A DNA stretch of 64,000 bases from Candidatus Daviesbacteria bacterium (GTDB lineage Bacteria > Patescibacteriota > Microgenomatia > Daviesbacterales > UBA10151): the NCBI GenBank assembly GCA_016176465.1, contig JACOXD010000008.1:7680-71679 (forward strand). Direction: 5' to 3'. Of the stretch, positions 50,500-60,373 are shown one piece after another (position 1 is the stretch's first letter; the number at the start of each line of letters is the position of its first letter). Under the pieces are notes generated by a model that saw only the letters and a list, made by a program, of their open reading frames with translations, was not told the origin of the DNA and searched no databases. A program made the position numbers and the translations under genes.

Positions 50500-50524
50500 C
50501 ACTCTAATCTCAAGAAGTTAAAAT
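50496..50524 (+). promoter_or_regulatory. rplU promoter, leaderless
   Basis: TTGACA-17-TAAAAT-8nt-ATG. Confidence 0.75.
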
Positions 50525-50532
50525 TACTAGCT

Positions 50533-50862
50533 ATGTTAAATTATGCAGTTGTAGAAATATCAGGTAAACAATATTTAGTTAAGGAAAATCAAGTTCTAAG
50601 GGTTAACTTTTTAGGCAATGTTGAAAAATTTATTTGTGATAAAGTTTTGGCTAAATCAATAGATGGTGAATTGAAGTTAGGAAGTCCTTACTTAAAAGAT
50701 TCTATCGAATTTGAGGTTTTAGGGACAAATAAAGAGAAAATTCGAGTAGCTACTTACAAAGCTAAGTCAAATACCAGAAGGGTTAAAGGAGCAAAAGTTT
50801 TATCTTCCAAAATAGGGATAAAAATAGAGAAAAAGGCCAAAAACAAAGAAAACTCTAACTAA
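50533..50862 (+). CDS. rplU: 50S ribosomal protein L21
   Basis: YAVVEISGKQYLV; upstream of rpmA. Confidence 0.9.
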   Translation: MLNYAVVEISGKQYLVKENQVLRVNFLGNVEKFICDKVLAKSIDGELKLGSPYLKDSIEFEVLGTNKEKIRVATYKAKSNTRRVKGAKVLSSKIGIKIEKKAKNKENSN

Positions 50863-51077
50863 AAAAACCGTGAAAATATAAACAAATTTTGTCCTACTTT
50901 GAGCTAGAATGAGTAGGAGTGTAGTGTTGACATTATTTTTCACAAAGGGTAATATTTTGAGTTAGGAATTTACAATATTTAGAAAGGATGGATTTATAAA
51001 AAGGTCGTAATCGATAATTTGGCAGTAAAGAATTAATTGAAAACGCCAAGTTATGACCAAATTGATCGAAAAAAATT

Positions 51078-51326
51078 ATGGCACATAAGAAAGCAGGCGC
51101 TACAGCTAAGACAAATAGAGATTCAATCTCCAAGAGATTGGGGATAAAAATTTATGGTGGACAAAAGGTTTTTAAAGGTAATATTATTGTTCGCCAAAAA
51201 GGAAATAAATTTTACGCAGGTGAAAATACTAAAGCAGGAAACGATTACACTATTTTTGCAATGGAGGATGGAGTTGTTAAATTTAAGGACAAATTAGGTA
51301 AAAAAATAGTTAGTGTAACAAATTAA
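51078..51326 (+). CDS. rpmA: 50S ribosomal protein L27
   Basis: MAHKKAG, RDS..KRLG, IIVRQ. Confidence 0.96.
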   Translation: MAHKKAGATAKTNRDSISKRLGIKIYGGQKVFKGNIIVRQKGNKFYAGENTKAGNDYTIFAMEDGVVKFKDKLGKKIVSVTN

Positions 51327-52204
51327 TGGATAATCAGCCGATTTTGGAAGATCGTATATTTGAACTGGAAATAAATCTTTTACAAGCTAATCCTCTTCAA
51401 CCCCGTGGATTAATTACACCTGAATCTTTAGCAGAACTAGCAGAATCGATTAGAGAGCATGGAATTTTAGAGCCTATTGTAGTTGCAAAAACTCCCGCTG
51501 GGTATCAAATTATTGCTGGCGAGAGAAGATGGAGAGCAGCAAGGCTAGTAGGAATGAGCAAAGTTCCTGTTGTTATTAAAGAAACTTCTCCTCAAGGTAT
51601 GTTAGAAATGGCAATTGTTGAAAATGTCCAAAGGATTGACCTTAATCCGCTGGAGCGTGCACAAGCTTATAAAAGATTAATGGATGAATTTAACTTAACC
51701 AATTCAGAGATCGCCCAAAGAGTCGCTAAAAGCCCCTCTTATATTTCCAATACTATCCGATTGTTAACTTTACCGGATGCCCTAAAAGATGCTTTAATGT
51801 CCGGAGCAACAACAGAAGGTCATGCCAGAGCACTTTCTGGGCTTGATGATCCTCATTTAATAATTGAAGGCTATAAAGAGGTTTTAAGGAGAAACCTCTC
51901 TGTGCGAGGAGTAGAAGAATTAGTTAGGAGAATGCGCGCTAAACACAATATTATACCCAAAAAGGGAACTGTCCAACAAAATATGAGAATAATAAATGAG
52001 GAAATTGATCGGATTGAAGAAGGTTTAACTCAAGCACTCTCAACGTCAGTAGGTAATGGCAAAACGCCCAGAATTAAATATATTTTAACTGGAACGAATG
52101 CCAGGTTGGAAATCCGTTTAGAGGGAGCGCCTGATATAACAAATGAAACGATAGAAAAAGTTTACCGAGCAATTAGGGAATTTTTTAATACTCCGCAGCC
52201 TTAA
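51326..52204 (+). CDS. parB: ParB/Spo0J
   Basis: QPR, AGERRWRA, ENVQRIDL. Confidence 0.92.
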   Translation: MDNQPILEDRIFELEINLLQANPLQPRGLITPESLAELAESIREHGILEPIVVAKTPAGYQIIAGERRWRAARLVGMSKVPVVIKETSPQGMLEMAIVENVQRIDLNPLERAQAYKRLMDEFNLTNSEIAQRVAKSPSYISNTIRLLTLPDALKDALMSGATTEGHARALSGLDDPHLIIEGYKEVLRRNLSVRGVEELVRRMRAKHNIIPKKGTVQQNMRIINEEIDRIEEGLTQALSTSVGNGKTPRIKYILTGTNARLEIRLEGAPDITNETIEKVYRAIREFFNTPQP

Positions 52205-52772
52205 TCAACCCCACATAGTTTATCGGCCAATATCTTATCAAAGCTTTTCCTATAATCTCGTCGCGGCCTATAAATCCCCATTGCCTTGAATCAGATGAGG
52301 CAATCCTATTATCCCCGAGTACAAAAAAATGATTCTGCGGAACTATGACCTCTTGGTCTTCAGCTAAAAAAGCTCCTGGTTCGCTGTAAGCATCGCGTCC
52401 TAAATAAGGCTCTCTGATAGCCTCTCCATTGACAAATACCTTACCAGTGCTTAGTTTAACTACATCACCTTCTTTGCCAATAATTCTTTTTATATAATCT
52501 TCATCTGAATTTCCTGGATCTTTAAAAACAATTATTTCCCCTTTTTTTGGTTCACTAAAACGATAACTTATTTTATTGGTGATTATATAGTCACCATCAT
52601 GTAAGGTTTGAAACATTGAACTTCCAGAAACTTTATGAGGTTGAGCTATAAAAAGATAAACCGCTGTACCAATAGCTAAAAAAACCACTAATGTTTGGAT
52701 AAACTCAATAATTTTGGAACGAATTGACTGGTCGGGATGTCCTGAATAATCTTTAAAAGTGATAGGGTCCAT
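52185..52772 (-). CDS. lepB: Signal peptidase I
   Basis: GSSM, YIKRIIG, GDNR..SDSR. Confidence 0.95.
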   Translation of the reverse strand: MDPITFKDYSGHPDQSIRSKIIEFIQTLVVFLAIGTAVYLFIAQPHKVSGSSMFQTLHDGDYIITNKISYRFSEPKKGEIIVFKDPGNSDEDYIKRIIGKEGDVVKLSTGKVFVNGEAIREPYLGRDAYSEPGAFLAEDQEVIVPQNHFFVLGDNRIASSDSRQWGFIGRDEIIGKALIRYWPINYVGLIKAAEY

Positions 52773-52834
52773 AATGTTTATTTTAATTTAGTAGACTCAA
52801 AAGGTCTAGTGATAATATAATTATCCATATTTAT

Positions 52835-52906
52835 GGACACTTAGCTCAGCGGTAGAGCGCTTGCATCACACGCAAGAAGTCGTAGGTTCAAATCCTACAG
52901 TGTCCA
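52835..52906 (+). tRNA. tRNA-Val(CAC)
   Basis: Cloverleaf, CTTGC-ATCACAC-GCAAG anticodon arm; CCA not encoded. Confidence 0.92.
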
Positions 52907-52932
52907 CTCATACATTTTGTTAAAATTTACCT

Positions 52933-54189
52933 GTGATCACTAATATTTTAAAAAGTGTTTCTTTTTTATTAATTGCCCAGGTTTTAACCAAAATTATTTC
53001 CTTTTTTTATAGTATTTTTTTGGCCATTAACTTGGGAGTTGAAAATTTTGGACTTTACACTATTGCTCTTTCCTATTTTTCTTTGACTTCGAGTGTGGCC
53101 GATTTTGGAATAAGTCAATATTTAATTAGAGAACTCTCAGTAAATAAGGTAAGGGTAAAAGATTTACTCTTTAATGCTGTCTTTATAAGAGTTGTTTTTG
53201 CTTTAATACTTTTTAGTTTAATTTCTATATCTATGTTAATTTTTGATCCAAATATTTCAAGGAAGACCCTTTCGATTTTAGCAATCTTAGCTATTATTCC
53301 CCAAACAGTCGCACTAGTAATAGACACTATATTTGTAGCATTTAAAAAATTATCCTTTTCTGCTTTTGGACTATTAGTATTAAGTCTTTTGACAACAGGA
53401 ATTGGCACAGTGCTAATTATACTTGGATTTTCAGTTAAGGGAATTATTTTCAGCTTGATCTTGGGCCAAATTGGTTATTTAATATTAAACGTGATCTTTT
53501 TGAAAAAATTAAAGATACACTTTTCCTTTTCGATAAATTTAGGTGAGGTAGCAAATATTATAAGAAACTCACTCCCATATGGATTTTTGATAATTTTAGG
53601 GCTAGTATATTTTAAAAATGATATCTTTCTTTTAGGTTATATTAAGGGTTCGTATGATACGGGTTTATATGGAGCCTCTTATAAGTTCTTAGAAGTCGTA
53701 GTATTTATTCCTTCAGCAATTAACGCTTGGATGTTTCCTTTTTTTTCAAAACTATCTATCAAAAATCCCCAAAAAGTTTATGAGTTTTATATTAAGGCTA
53801 CAATATTTATGCTCGCCCTATCTTTGGTTATTAGCGGTTTTTATCTAACAATACTCCCAATATTGATTAAAGACATATTGCCAAGTTACTTGCCTCAAGT
53901 TAAACAATATATACCGGCAATCGCAACGATAAAAATATTAGCGTTAACAATTCCTTTTTTATTTATGATTTCTCCTCAATCAATAGTTTTACTTTCACAA
54001 AAAAGATTTCTAACTCCCTTAATAAAGATATCAATATTTAATCTATTTTTTAATTTAAGTTTAAATTTGATTTTAATCCCGAGGTATAGTTATTTAGGTG
54101 CTGCTTGGGTGACTTTAATTTCAGACGTTGTTGGTTTTTGCATCTTTTTTGTTTATATTAGAAATAAATTTACCACATCTTCCATATGA
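52933..54189 (+). CDS. Wzx-like flippase
   Basis: LGVENFG, ADFGI, GLYGASYK, GAAW. Confidence 0.85.
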   Translation: MITNILKSVSFLLIAQVLTKIISFFYSIFLAINLGVENFGLYTIALSYFSLTSSVADFGISQYLIRELSVNKVRVKDLLFNAVFIRVVFALILFSLISISMLIFDPNISRKTLSILAILAIIPQTVALVIDTIFVAFKKLSFSAFGLLVLSLLTTGIGTVLIILGFSVKGIIFSLILGQIGYLILNVIFLKKLKIHFSFSINLGEVANIIRNSLPYGFLIILGLVYFKNDIFLLGYIKGSYDTGLYGASYKFLEVVVFIPSAINAWMFPFFSKLSIKNPQKVYEFYIKATIFMLALSLVISGFYLTILPILIKDILPSYLPQVKQYIPAIATIKILALTIPFLFMISPQSIVLLSQKRFLTPLIKISIFNLFFNLSLNLILIPRYSYLGAAWVTLISDVVGFCIFFVYIRNKFTTSSI

Positions 54190-54878
54190 ATATTGACGCA
54201 GCTTTAAGGTATTTACCTATAGCGGATGCAATAATGAAAAACAAAATAAAAGAACCAATATTGGAGGTGGGCTCAGGCACCAATGGAATTAGTGATTACT
54301 ACGACGGTTACGTTTATGGAGTAGACAATGATTTTTCTAAAACTAACACCTGTAAAAATCCTAATATTATTCATAAAAAAGGAACGATATTTAAAATTCC
54401 TTTTAAAAAAGAATCTTTTTTAAAAGTAGTTTGTTTGGATACGCTCGAGCATATAAATAAGGAAAATCGCCAAAATGCACTTAATGAGCTACTGCGGGTT
54501 ACTAAAAAAGATGGGACACTATATTTGGGATTTCCCAGTGGCTTTCTAAGCCAACAATTTGAAACGATTATCAATAAATTGTTTAAAATTAGACATAACA
54601 AAAAAGACAATCCTTGGTTATTGGAACATAAGATGTATGGTCTTCCAGGAAGAGAGGAAGTTTCAAATTATTTAAAAGTTTCAAAAGTTTCTAGCTTTAA
54701 AATAGTAAATAATTTAAATATTTTCATATGGTTTTTAATCCATTTATTTTTTACGGTTTTAGATGAAGATAGAAGGATATTAAAAATTACCTCGGTTTTT
54801 AAAAAACCAATATTTTTATTTGGAAAATTTTTAAATATTCCCCCCTTTTATCGTTACATATTTATAATTAAAAAATGA
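54186..54878 (+). CDS. Class I SAM-dependent methyltransferase
   Basis: ILEVGSG, DTLEH. Confidence 0.8.
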   Translation: MNIDAALRYLPIADAIMKNKIKEPILEVGSGTNGISDYYDGYVYGVDNDFSKTNTCKNPNIIHKKGTIFKIPFKKESFLKVVCLDTLEHINKENRQNALNELLRVTKKDGTLYLGFPSGFLSQQFETIINKLFKIRHNKKDNPWLLEHKMYGLPGREEVSNYLKVSKVSSFKIVNNLNIFIWFLIHLFFTVLDEDRRILKITSVFKKPIFLFGKFLNIPPFYRYIFIIKK

Positions 54879-55864
54879 CTAAACAAGATGCTTCAGTGAT
54901 TATCCCTAATTGGAACGGTTTAGAATTTATTAAAAATTGCTTGAATTCGCTCAAAACTCAAACCTTTAAAACATTTGAAATAATAGTTGTTGATAATGGG
55001 TCAACAGATGGGTCGGTTGATTTTATCAAAAAAAATTATCCTTATATAATAATTATTGAGCTAAAAAAAAATACAGGGTTTGCTTTTGCAGTTAATCGAG
55101 GAATTGAGAAATCTCGGGGAGAGTATGTTATTTTGCTAAATAATGATACTGAAGTTGACAAATTTTGTATTGGAAAGTTAGTTGAAATTGCAAAAAAGTA
55201 TCCCCAGGTAAGTTTTATCGCTGCCAAAATTTTAAATTACTACAAGAGAAATATTTTGGATTCAACAGGAGATTATATTGATGAAGTAGGACATGCTGAT
55301 AATATTGGGAGGGGAGAAAAGGATAGTAAAAAATACTCAATTGCTGGCCCTATTTTTTTGGCCACCGCTGGGGGGTGTTTGATAAAAAAAGAGGCTTTCA
55401 AAAAAGTGGGTCTACTTGATGAGGATTATTTTATGTATTTTGAAGATGTTGATTGGTGCTTTCGGGCTCAGCTTTTGGGTTTAAAAGGTTGGTATGAGCC
55501 AAAAGCTATAATTTATCATATAAATAAAGCCTCTGCTAACAGGATTAAGCCCTTTGTTGAATATCTTCAATTTAGAAATATGACCATGACAATTTTAAAA
55601 GATTTTCCTAAAGGATTAATCTTACAAAGAATGAATTGGTTAAGAATTTTTTGGGTAAATATCAACACTGTTAGATATTTCGCAACTCAAAGTTATCTAT
55701 GGGAGGCAATAAAAGCTGAATATTACATATTAACTAATTTAAGAAAAATTTTAAAAAAACGATCCATTATTCAAAAAAGTAAAGTTGTTTCTGATAAATA
55801 TATCATCGAAAATATAAGAAGAAGAAAGTTGACTCTTTTTGGAATCTTTAAAAAAGGGATTTAA
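54875..55864 (+). CDS. GT2 glycosyltransferase
   Basis: IPNWN, VDNGSTD, LNND, EDVD. Confidence 0.9.
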   Translation: MTKQDASVIIPNWNGLEFIKNCLNSLKTQTFKTFEIIVVDNGSTDGSVDFIKKNYPYIIIIELKKNTGFAFAVNRGIEKSRGEYVILLNNDTEVDKFCIGKLVEIAKKYPQVSFIAAKILNYYKRNILDSTGDYIDEVGHADNIGRGEKDSKKYSIAGPIFLATAGGCLIKKEAFKKVGLLDEDYFMYFEDVDWCFRAQLLGLKGWYEPKAIIYHINKASANRIKPFVEYLQFRNMTMTILKDFPKGLILQRMNWLRIFWVNINTVRYFATQSYLWEAIKAEYYILTNLRKILKKRSIIQKSKVVSDKYIIENIRRRKLTLFGIFKKGI

Positions 55865-55866
55865 AA

Positions 55867-57033
55867 ATGAACATAGTATGGTTGCTACTGATGATTACTT
55901 TTTTTGCTAGTTTCTTAGGAGAGTTTGGTCAATTTCCATTTGCTTCTAATTTGTCTATTAGTCTAGCTGATCTTTTCTTATCCATAACTATAATCTTTTT
56001 TTTATTTATGATTTTAAAGCGTAGAAAATATTATGAGGAATTACCAAGATCCTTTATTTTGGTAATAGCTTTTTGGGTGGTAGGAGTATTTTCACTTATT
56101 TTTTCTTTGAATTTAGGGGGAGGATTATACCTGTTAAGATTTATATCGTACAGCTTTGCTTTTTTTATTGGTTATCAATTGGTAAAAACAAAAACTATTG
56201 ATATTATTAGAATTTTTTATTTAGTGATTTTAACCGGATTTATTTTTACTTTGGGAGGTTTTCTACAATTAATTTTCTACCCTGATTTTAAGTACTTGGA
56301 ATACTTAGGATATGATCCGCATAAAAACAGATTAGCTTCAACGTTTTTGGATCCTAATTTTGCCGGCATATATATAGCTATTTCTTTATTTTTGACTTTT
56401 TTCCTCTTTAAACTTAAAAAAAAGATAATCTATCTATTTTTAATCATTTTTTTTTCAGTTGGGATATTCCTTACTTTTTCTCGTTCAGCGTACCTTATGA
56501 CATTCTTAGGGTTAGCGATCTACTCTTTTTTCAAAGAAAAAGTTATATTTTTTTTCTTAATCTTAGTATTACTAATTGGTGCTTTACTAATCCCCAGGGT
56601 TCTTGATAGGCTACAGGGTGCCATAAATTTAGATGAAACCGCAAAGAAAAGAATTCAGTCTTGGGAAAATGGAGTTTTTATTTTTAATAATAATCCTTAC
56701 TTAGGAGTAGGTTTTAATAATTTGAGGTTTAATTTGGAAAAATACAATCTATTTGATAAATATTTAGAAGATGGAGGAAACTCGGGAGCTGGGATTGATT
56801 CAAGTTTTATTTTTGTATTGGCGACAACAGGAATTTTGGGATTTTTTATTTACCTTGGTTTTTGGATAAGCATAATTTTTGTCTTAATAAGGGAAAAAAG
56901 TGAATATTTAATTTTCTTATTTTTAGTCTTGGGATTATTAATTAGCTCTCAATTTATTAATAGTCTTTTTTATCCACCAATTATGCTAACTCTTTACGTA
57001 TTGCTCGGTTCTATTTTGGCAAAAGATGACTAG
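55867..57033 (+). CDS. O-antigen ligase family protein
   Basis: RLASTFLDPN, TFSRS, GVGFN. Confidence 0.82.
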   Translation: MNIVWLLLMITFFASFLGEFGQFPFASNLSISLADLFLSITIIFFLFMILKRRKYYEELPRSFILVIAFWVVGVFSLIFSLNLGGGLYLLRFISYSFAFFIGYQLVKTKTIDIIRIFYLVILTGFIFTLGGFLQLIFYPDFKYLEYLGYDPHKNRLASTFLDPNFAGIYIAISLFLTFFLFKLKKKIIYLFLIIFFSVGIFLTFSRSAYLMTFLGLAIYSFFKEKVIFFFLILVLLIGALLIPRVLDRLQGAINLDETAKKRIQSWENGVFIFNNNPYLGVGFNNLRFNLEKYNLFDKYLEDGGNSGAGIDSSFIFVLATTGILGFFIYLGFWISIIFVLIREKSEYLIFLFLVLGLLISSQFINSLFYPPIMLTLYVLLGSILAKDD

Positions 57034-57040
57034 AAAAGTT

Positions 57041-57769
57041 TTAAGGGGTATAAGTAACTTTTCTTTGGATTTGAGTGGAATTACCGAAACCATTCGTCGC
57101 ATTGATAATAATAGTATTTTCTCCATCGTTTAGGTTAATATCAAGACTAAAGTTGCCTGCAAAATTGATAATTACTTTATTTCCATTAATAGTTAGTTCA
57201 TTATCTAAATCTGTTACCCCACTTACTTTTACTTTTTTCCCCTCACCCTCAATCTCAATCCCATCAGCGGGCTCCAAAACTTCTAATTTTGGTTTCTCAT
57301 CTTGATAAATAACTTGAATTGTTTTTGAAGGAAGGCTTTCTTGACCTTCTTCATTAACGGTTTTTCCGATAATATTGTTTGTTCCAAGGGATAGTTCAAT
57401 AAATCCTGTTTCAAATCTTCCATCAAGATTGGCTACTACAGTTTCCACTTTTTTATCATCCAAATAAATATTAACCTTGCCCTCAGGTTGAGTAAAACCG
57501 CTAAATTTAATATTGGCTGAATTTGTTGCATCAAAGGGAATATTTAAGACTGGAGGAGCAAGGGCAACATCTACCTCATTTAAGGCTTCTGTTTTAGGTT
57601 TTAGTATGTTAAAAACAGATAAACCGCTGATAAGTGTAGGAAGCCCCCATAAAACTACCAGTGAGAATAGAAAAAAAGCAAAAACAGTTGTAAAAATAAA
57701 CTTTTTCTTAACTTTGCCCTCTCTTTTTCTAATTGAACGGGGAGTATAAGATCTGGAATATCTTCTCAT
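57041..57769 (-). CDS. Membrane-anchored Ig-like domain protein
   Basis: TM then beta-rich repeats (LGTNNI, GENTII); start moved to 57769. Confidence 0.7.
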   Translation of the reverse strand: MRRYSRSYTPRSIRKREGKVKKKFIFTTVFAFFLFSLVVLWGLPTLISGLSVFNILKPKTEALNEVDVALAPPVLNIPFDATNSANIKFSGFTQPEGKVNIYLDDKKVETVVANLDGRFETGFIELSLGTNNIIGKTVNEEGQESLPSKTIQVIYQDEKPKLEVLEPADGIEIEGEGKKVKVSGVTDLDNELTINGNKVIINFAGNFSLDINLNDGENTIIINATNGFGNSTQIQRKVTYTP

Positions 57770-57787
57770 ATAAAATATTTTACACCT

Positions 57788-57861
57788 TGGAGCCGAAGAT
57801 GGGAATCGAACCCATATCCTTACTTTACGAAAGTAGCGTTCTACCATTAAACTACATCGGC
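57788..57861 (-). tRNA. tRNA-Thr(CGT)
   Basis: Cloverleaf, loop TTCGTAA, CCA encoded; two stem mismatches. Confidence 0.85.
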
Positions 57862-57864
57862 TTT

Positions 57865-58011
57865 TTAAACTTTATCTTTTTTTCTGGCAGAGATAATCAA
57901 CATCTTTTCAAGCGTTTTCCACTTATCTGCGCCCGCAAGACCTTTAATGGACCTATTCATCTTGCCGTATTTTTCAAAAAATTTTTTATTATTGTAAATA
58001 TTTTGTTTCAT
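57865..58011 (-). pseudogene. N-terminal remnant of a SAM-dependent methyltransferase
   Basis: MKQNIYNNKKFFEKYGKMNRSIKGLAGADKWKTLEKML; stops before motif I. Confidence 0.6.
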
Positions 58012-58017
58012 AGTGTT

Positions 58018-58082
58018 TGGAGCAGGATACGAGAATCGAATACTACGCTTCGCTTTAGTACCGTGGCTCGCACCTCTAATTT
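58018..58082 (-). pseudogene. tRNA 3' half (Gly-like) with 26-nt hairpin insertion in the T arm
   Basis: GCGAG-[26 nt]-TTCGATT-CTCGT-ATCCTGC-T-CCA. Confidence 0.7.
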
Positions 58083-58085
58083 ATG

Positions 58086-58157
58086 AGCGGTGGACCGGAT
58101 TTGAACCGGCGACCTTCTCCTTGGGAAGGAGACATTCTACCACTGAACTACCACCGC
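58086..58157 (-). tRNA. tRNA-Gly(CCC)
   Basis: Cloverleaf, TCTCC-TTCCCAA-GGAGA, U73. Confidence 0.93.
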
Positions 58158-58208
58158 GCTGGTTTAAAATTATATCATCAAAATGATATACTCCAAGGCT
58201 AATTGATA

Positions 58209-59666
58209 ATGAAATCTAAATTAATTGAGTTTTTTTTGGAAGCCTTTCCTTTTCTGATAATTTTTTATGGATCTTTGTTTTTTCCAACGGATAAAGACTT
58301 GGGTTGGCACTTAAAATATGGAGAGTATTTTTTCAGAAATGGAACTATTTTAAGGGATAATATTTTTTCAAAGCTTATGGCTGATTATAAGTGGGCAAAT
58401 CCTTCAGTGGGTGTGGATTTAATATCCTTTATTATTTTTAATAATTTTGGCTTTCTTGGCTTAATGGTTTTATCCGCTTTAATTGTGACAGCTACTTTTT
58501 TCTTTTTTGCTAAAGCCGCAAACTTAAATTTTTGGGATAAGGCTTTTATTTTTCCTATTGTTTTTTACTTGGAGCATCCAATTAATGGAGTATCTTTTAG
58601 AGGTCAACAGCTAAGCTTACTTTTTATCTCTATTTTATTTTTTTTAGTGCAAAAATATGGAGAAAATAAATCAAAAAAGCTCCTGTTAATCTTACCATTA
58701 TTTATTCTCTGGCCGAATATCCATGGTCAATTTATTTTTGGTCTATCCATTTTTTCTTTATGGATTTTCTCAAAATCAATAATTGATTTTATAAAAACTA
58801 AATTAGATGTTTTTTTAACACTAAAAAACAACCTATACTATTTTTTTCTTTTCGCCTTTTCAGTTTTGCTAACTTTGCTAAACCCTTTTGGAATATTTAT
58901 TTACAGCGAACCACTAGGACATTTGGGTGATCCAAAATTGAAGTATGTGGTTGAGTGGCTTCCTTTTGATCCCCAAACTACATTGTGGTGGAATAATATG
59001 ATAATTTTTGTAGTAGTAACGTCTCTCCTTACCTATCTTTATCTATCTAAAAAATTACTCGAGTACTTTTTTCCATCAATAACTATATCTTTACTTCTTA
59101 TAATGTCTTTTCAAATTAGACGCTACGCTTGGTCAGCATATTATTTTTTAATTCCTATATTAAAAACTATAACTGATTTAATTAGGTCTACAAGTACTAA
59201 GGTAAATTACATCTATGCCTTTTTTATCCTGGTTATTTTCTCTCTTCAAATATTGATTTATAAAAACCCATTAAATTTTTTTAATAATTTAACCTGGGAT
59301 CGCTACTGCATGGATAGTGGTTGTTCAAGCAAGGCTTTAGAATATGTTTTAACAAATAAATTAACTGATAATTTATTCACTATTTATGATTGGGGAGGCT
59401 TTATTATTTGGAATTTTCCACAAATAAAACCTACTATTGATGGAAGAATGCATCTTTGGACAGATAAATCAGGATATAGTGGGTTTGAAGATTACTATGG
59501 ATATGAGCAAAATAATAAAGATATTAATGAATCAAAATATGATGTGGCTTTGGTTTCACCGGAAAAAAATATTTACAATAGGTTGACTAAGCTTACAGAT
59601 GAGAGAAAATGGCGGCTTGCCTATAAAGATAAGTTTGCAGCGGTTTTTGTAAGGATAAAAAGATAA
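58209..59666 (+). CDS. GT-C-like polytopic membrane protein
   Basis: DLGWHL..G, WPNIHG, EW, YDWGG, IDGR. Confidence 0.65.
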   Translation: MKSKLIEFFLEAFPFLIIFYGSLFFPTDKDLGWHLKYGEYFFRNGTILRDNIFSKLMADYKWANPSVGVDLISFIIFNNFGFLGLMVLSALIVTATFFFFAKAANLNFWDKAFIFPIVFYLEHPINGVSFRGQQLSLLFISILFFLVQKYGENKSKKLLLILPLFILWPNIHGQFIFGLSIFSLWIFSKSIIDFIKTKLDVFLTLKNNLYYFFLFAFSVLLTLLNPFGIFIYSEPLGHLGDPKLKYVVEWLPFDPQTTLWWNNMIIFVVVTSLLTYLYLSKKLLEYFFPSITISLLLIMSFQIRRYAWSAYYFLIPILKTITDLIRSTSTKVNYIYAFFILVIFSLQILIYKNPLNFFNNLTWDRYCMDSGCSSKALEYVLTNKLTDNLFTIYDWGGFIIWNFPQIKPTIDGRMHLWTDKSGYSGFEDYYGYEQNNKDINESKYDVALVSPEKNIYNRLTKLTDERKWRLAYKDKFAAVFVRIKR

Positions 59667-59667
59667 T

Positions 59668-60282
59668 TTATCTTGGTATTTTTAAAACCACCCCAACTTC
59701 TATAAAATTTGGATCAATAATATTATTGGCTTTGGCGATTCGATCATAAGCGTTAATGTCGCCGTAGGCCCTGCCTGCAATTTTAGATAGCCAATCATCA
59801 GCTTTAACAATGTAAGATTCATCTCTAATAGCTTCTCCCCATCCAGTCACTTGAGTAGTTTCATCAGGAAGAGGTAAACTTCCTTCAAAGCTGGTCTGTT
59901 TAAGCTTAGGAATAGTTAAAACCTGTCCAAGTTCAATTAAATTTTCATTTTGGATATTATTTACCTTTATAATCTCAGGATATTTCAATCCTTCATCGTA
60001 GTATTTTTGTGCAATCAAAAAGAGTGTATCCCCTTCCTTTACAGTATATTTCCCTGGTAAGTTTTCTTTCTTTACATCTTGAGATACTTGTTGACCATCC
60101 AAAGTATCGGTTTGTTCTCCGGGAAGTAAATCGCCATCTGGTCTTTTAAAATAGTTAAACAGTAAATAGCCAACAATAACTACAATAAAAATTCCTAAAA
60201 TTAAACTTAAGTAAGATTGTTTATTTTCAAAATCTGCCTGGATTTTTTGAAAGAAGTTTAATCTTTTAGCTTTTCTTGCCAT
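59668..60282 (-). CDS. Membrane-anchored protein with two LysM domains
   Basis: YTVKEGDTLF..IA, YIVKADDWLSKIA; AAGGAG Shine-Dalgarno. Confidence 0.88.
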   Translation of the reverse strand: MARKAKRLNFFQKIQADFENKQSYLSLILGIFIVVIVGYLLFNYFKRPDGDLLPGEQTDTLDGQQVSQDVKKENLPGKYTVKEGDTLFLIAQKYYDEGLKYPEIIKVNNIQNENLIELGQVLTIPKLKQTSFEGSLPLPDETTQVTGWGEAIRDESYIVKADDWLSKIAGRAYGDINAYDRIAKANNIIDPNFIEVGVVLKIPR

Positions 60283-60373
60283 CTGTCCACTCCTTAATTT
60301 CAAGTATGGGCAGCTAATAGCCTTTTTAACTTATTTTAAAGTTAAAGTCAAGAGCTCTTAATAAGTATCAAAT

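Noticed and set aside
57075-58086. Short antisense/shadow ORFs here and elsewhere in the track
   Set aside because: They overlap well-supported genes or tRNAs on the other strand or frame
59325-59355. AAGC-AAG-GCTT hairpin
   Set aside because: Preceded by C, no clear second hairpin, ordinary coding context
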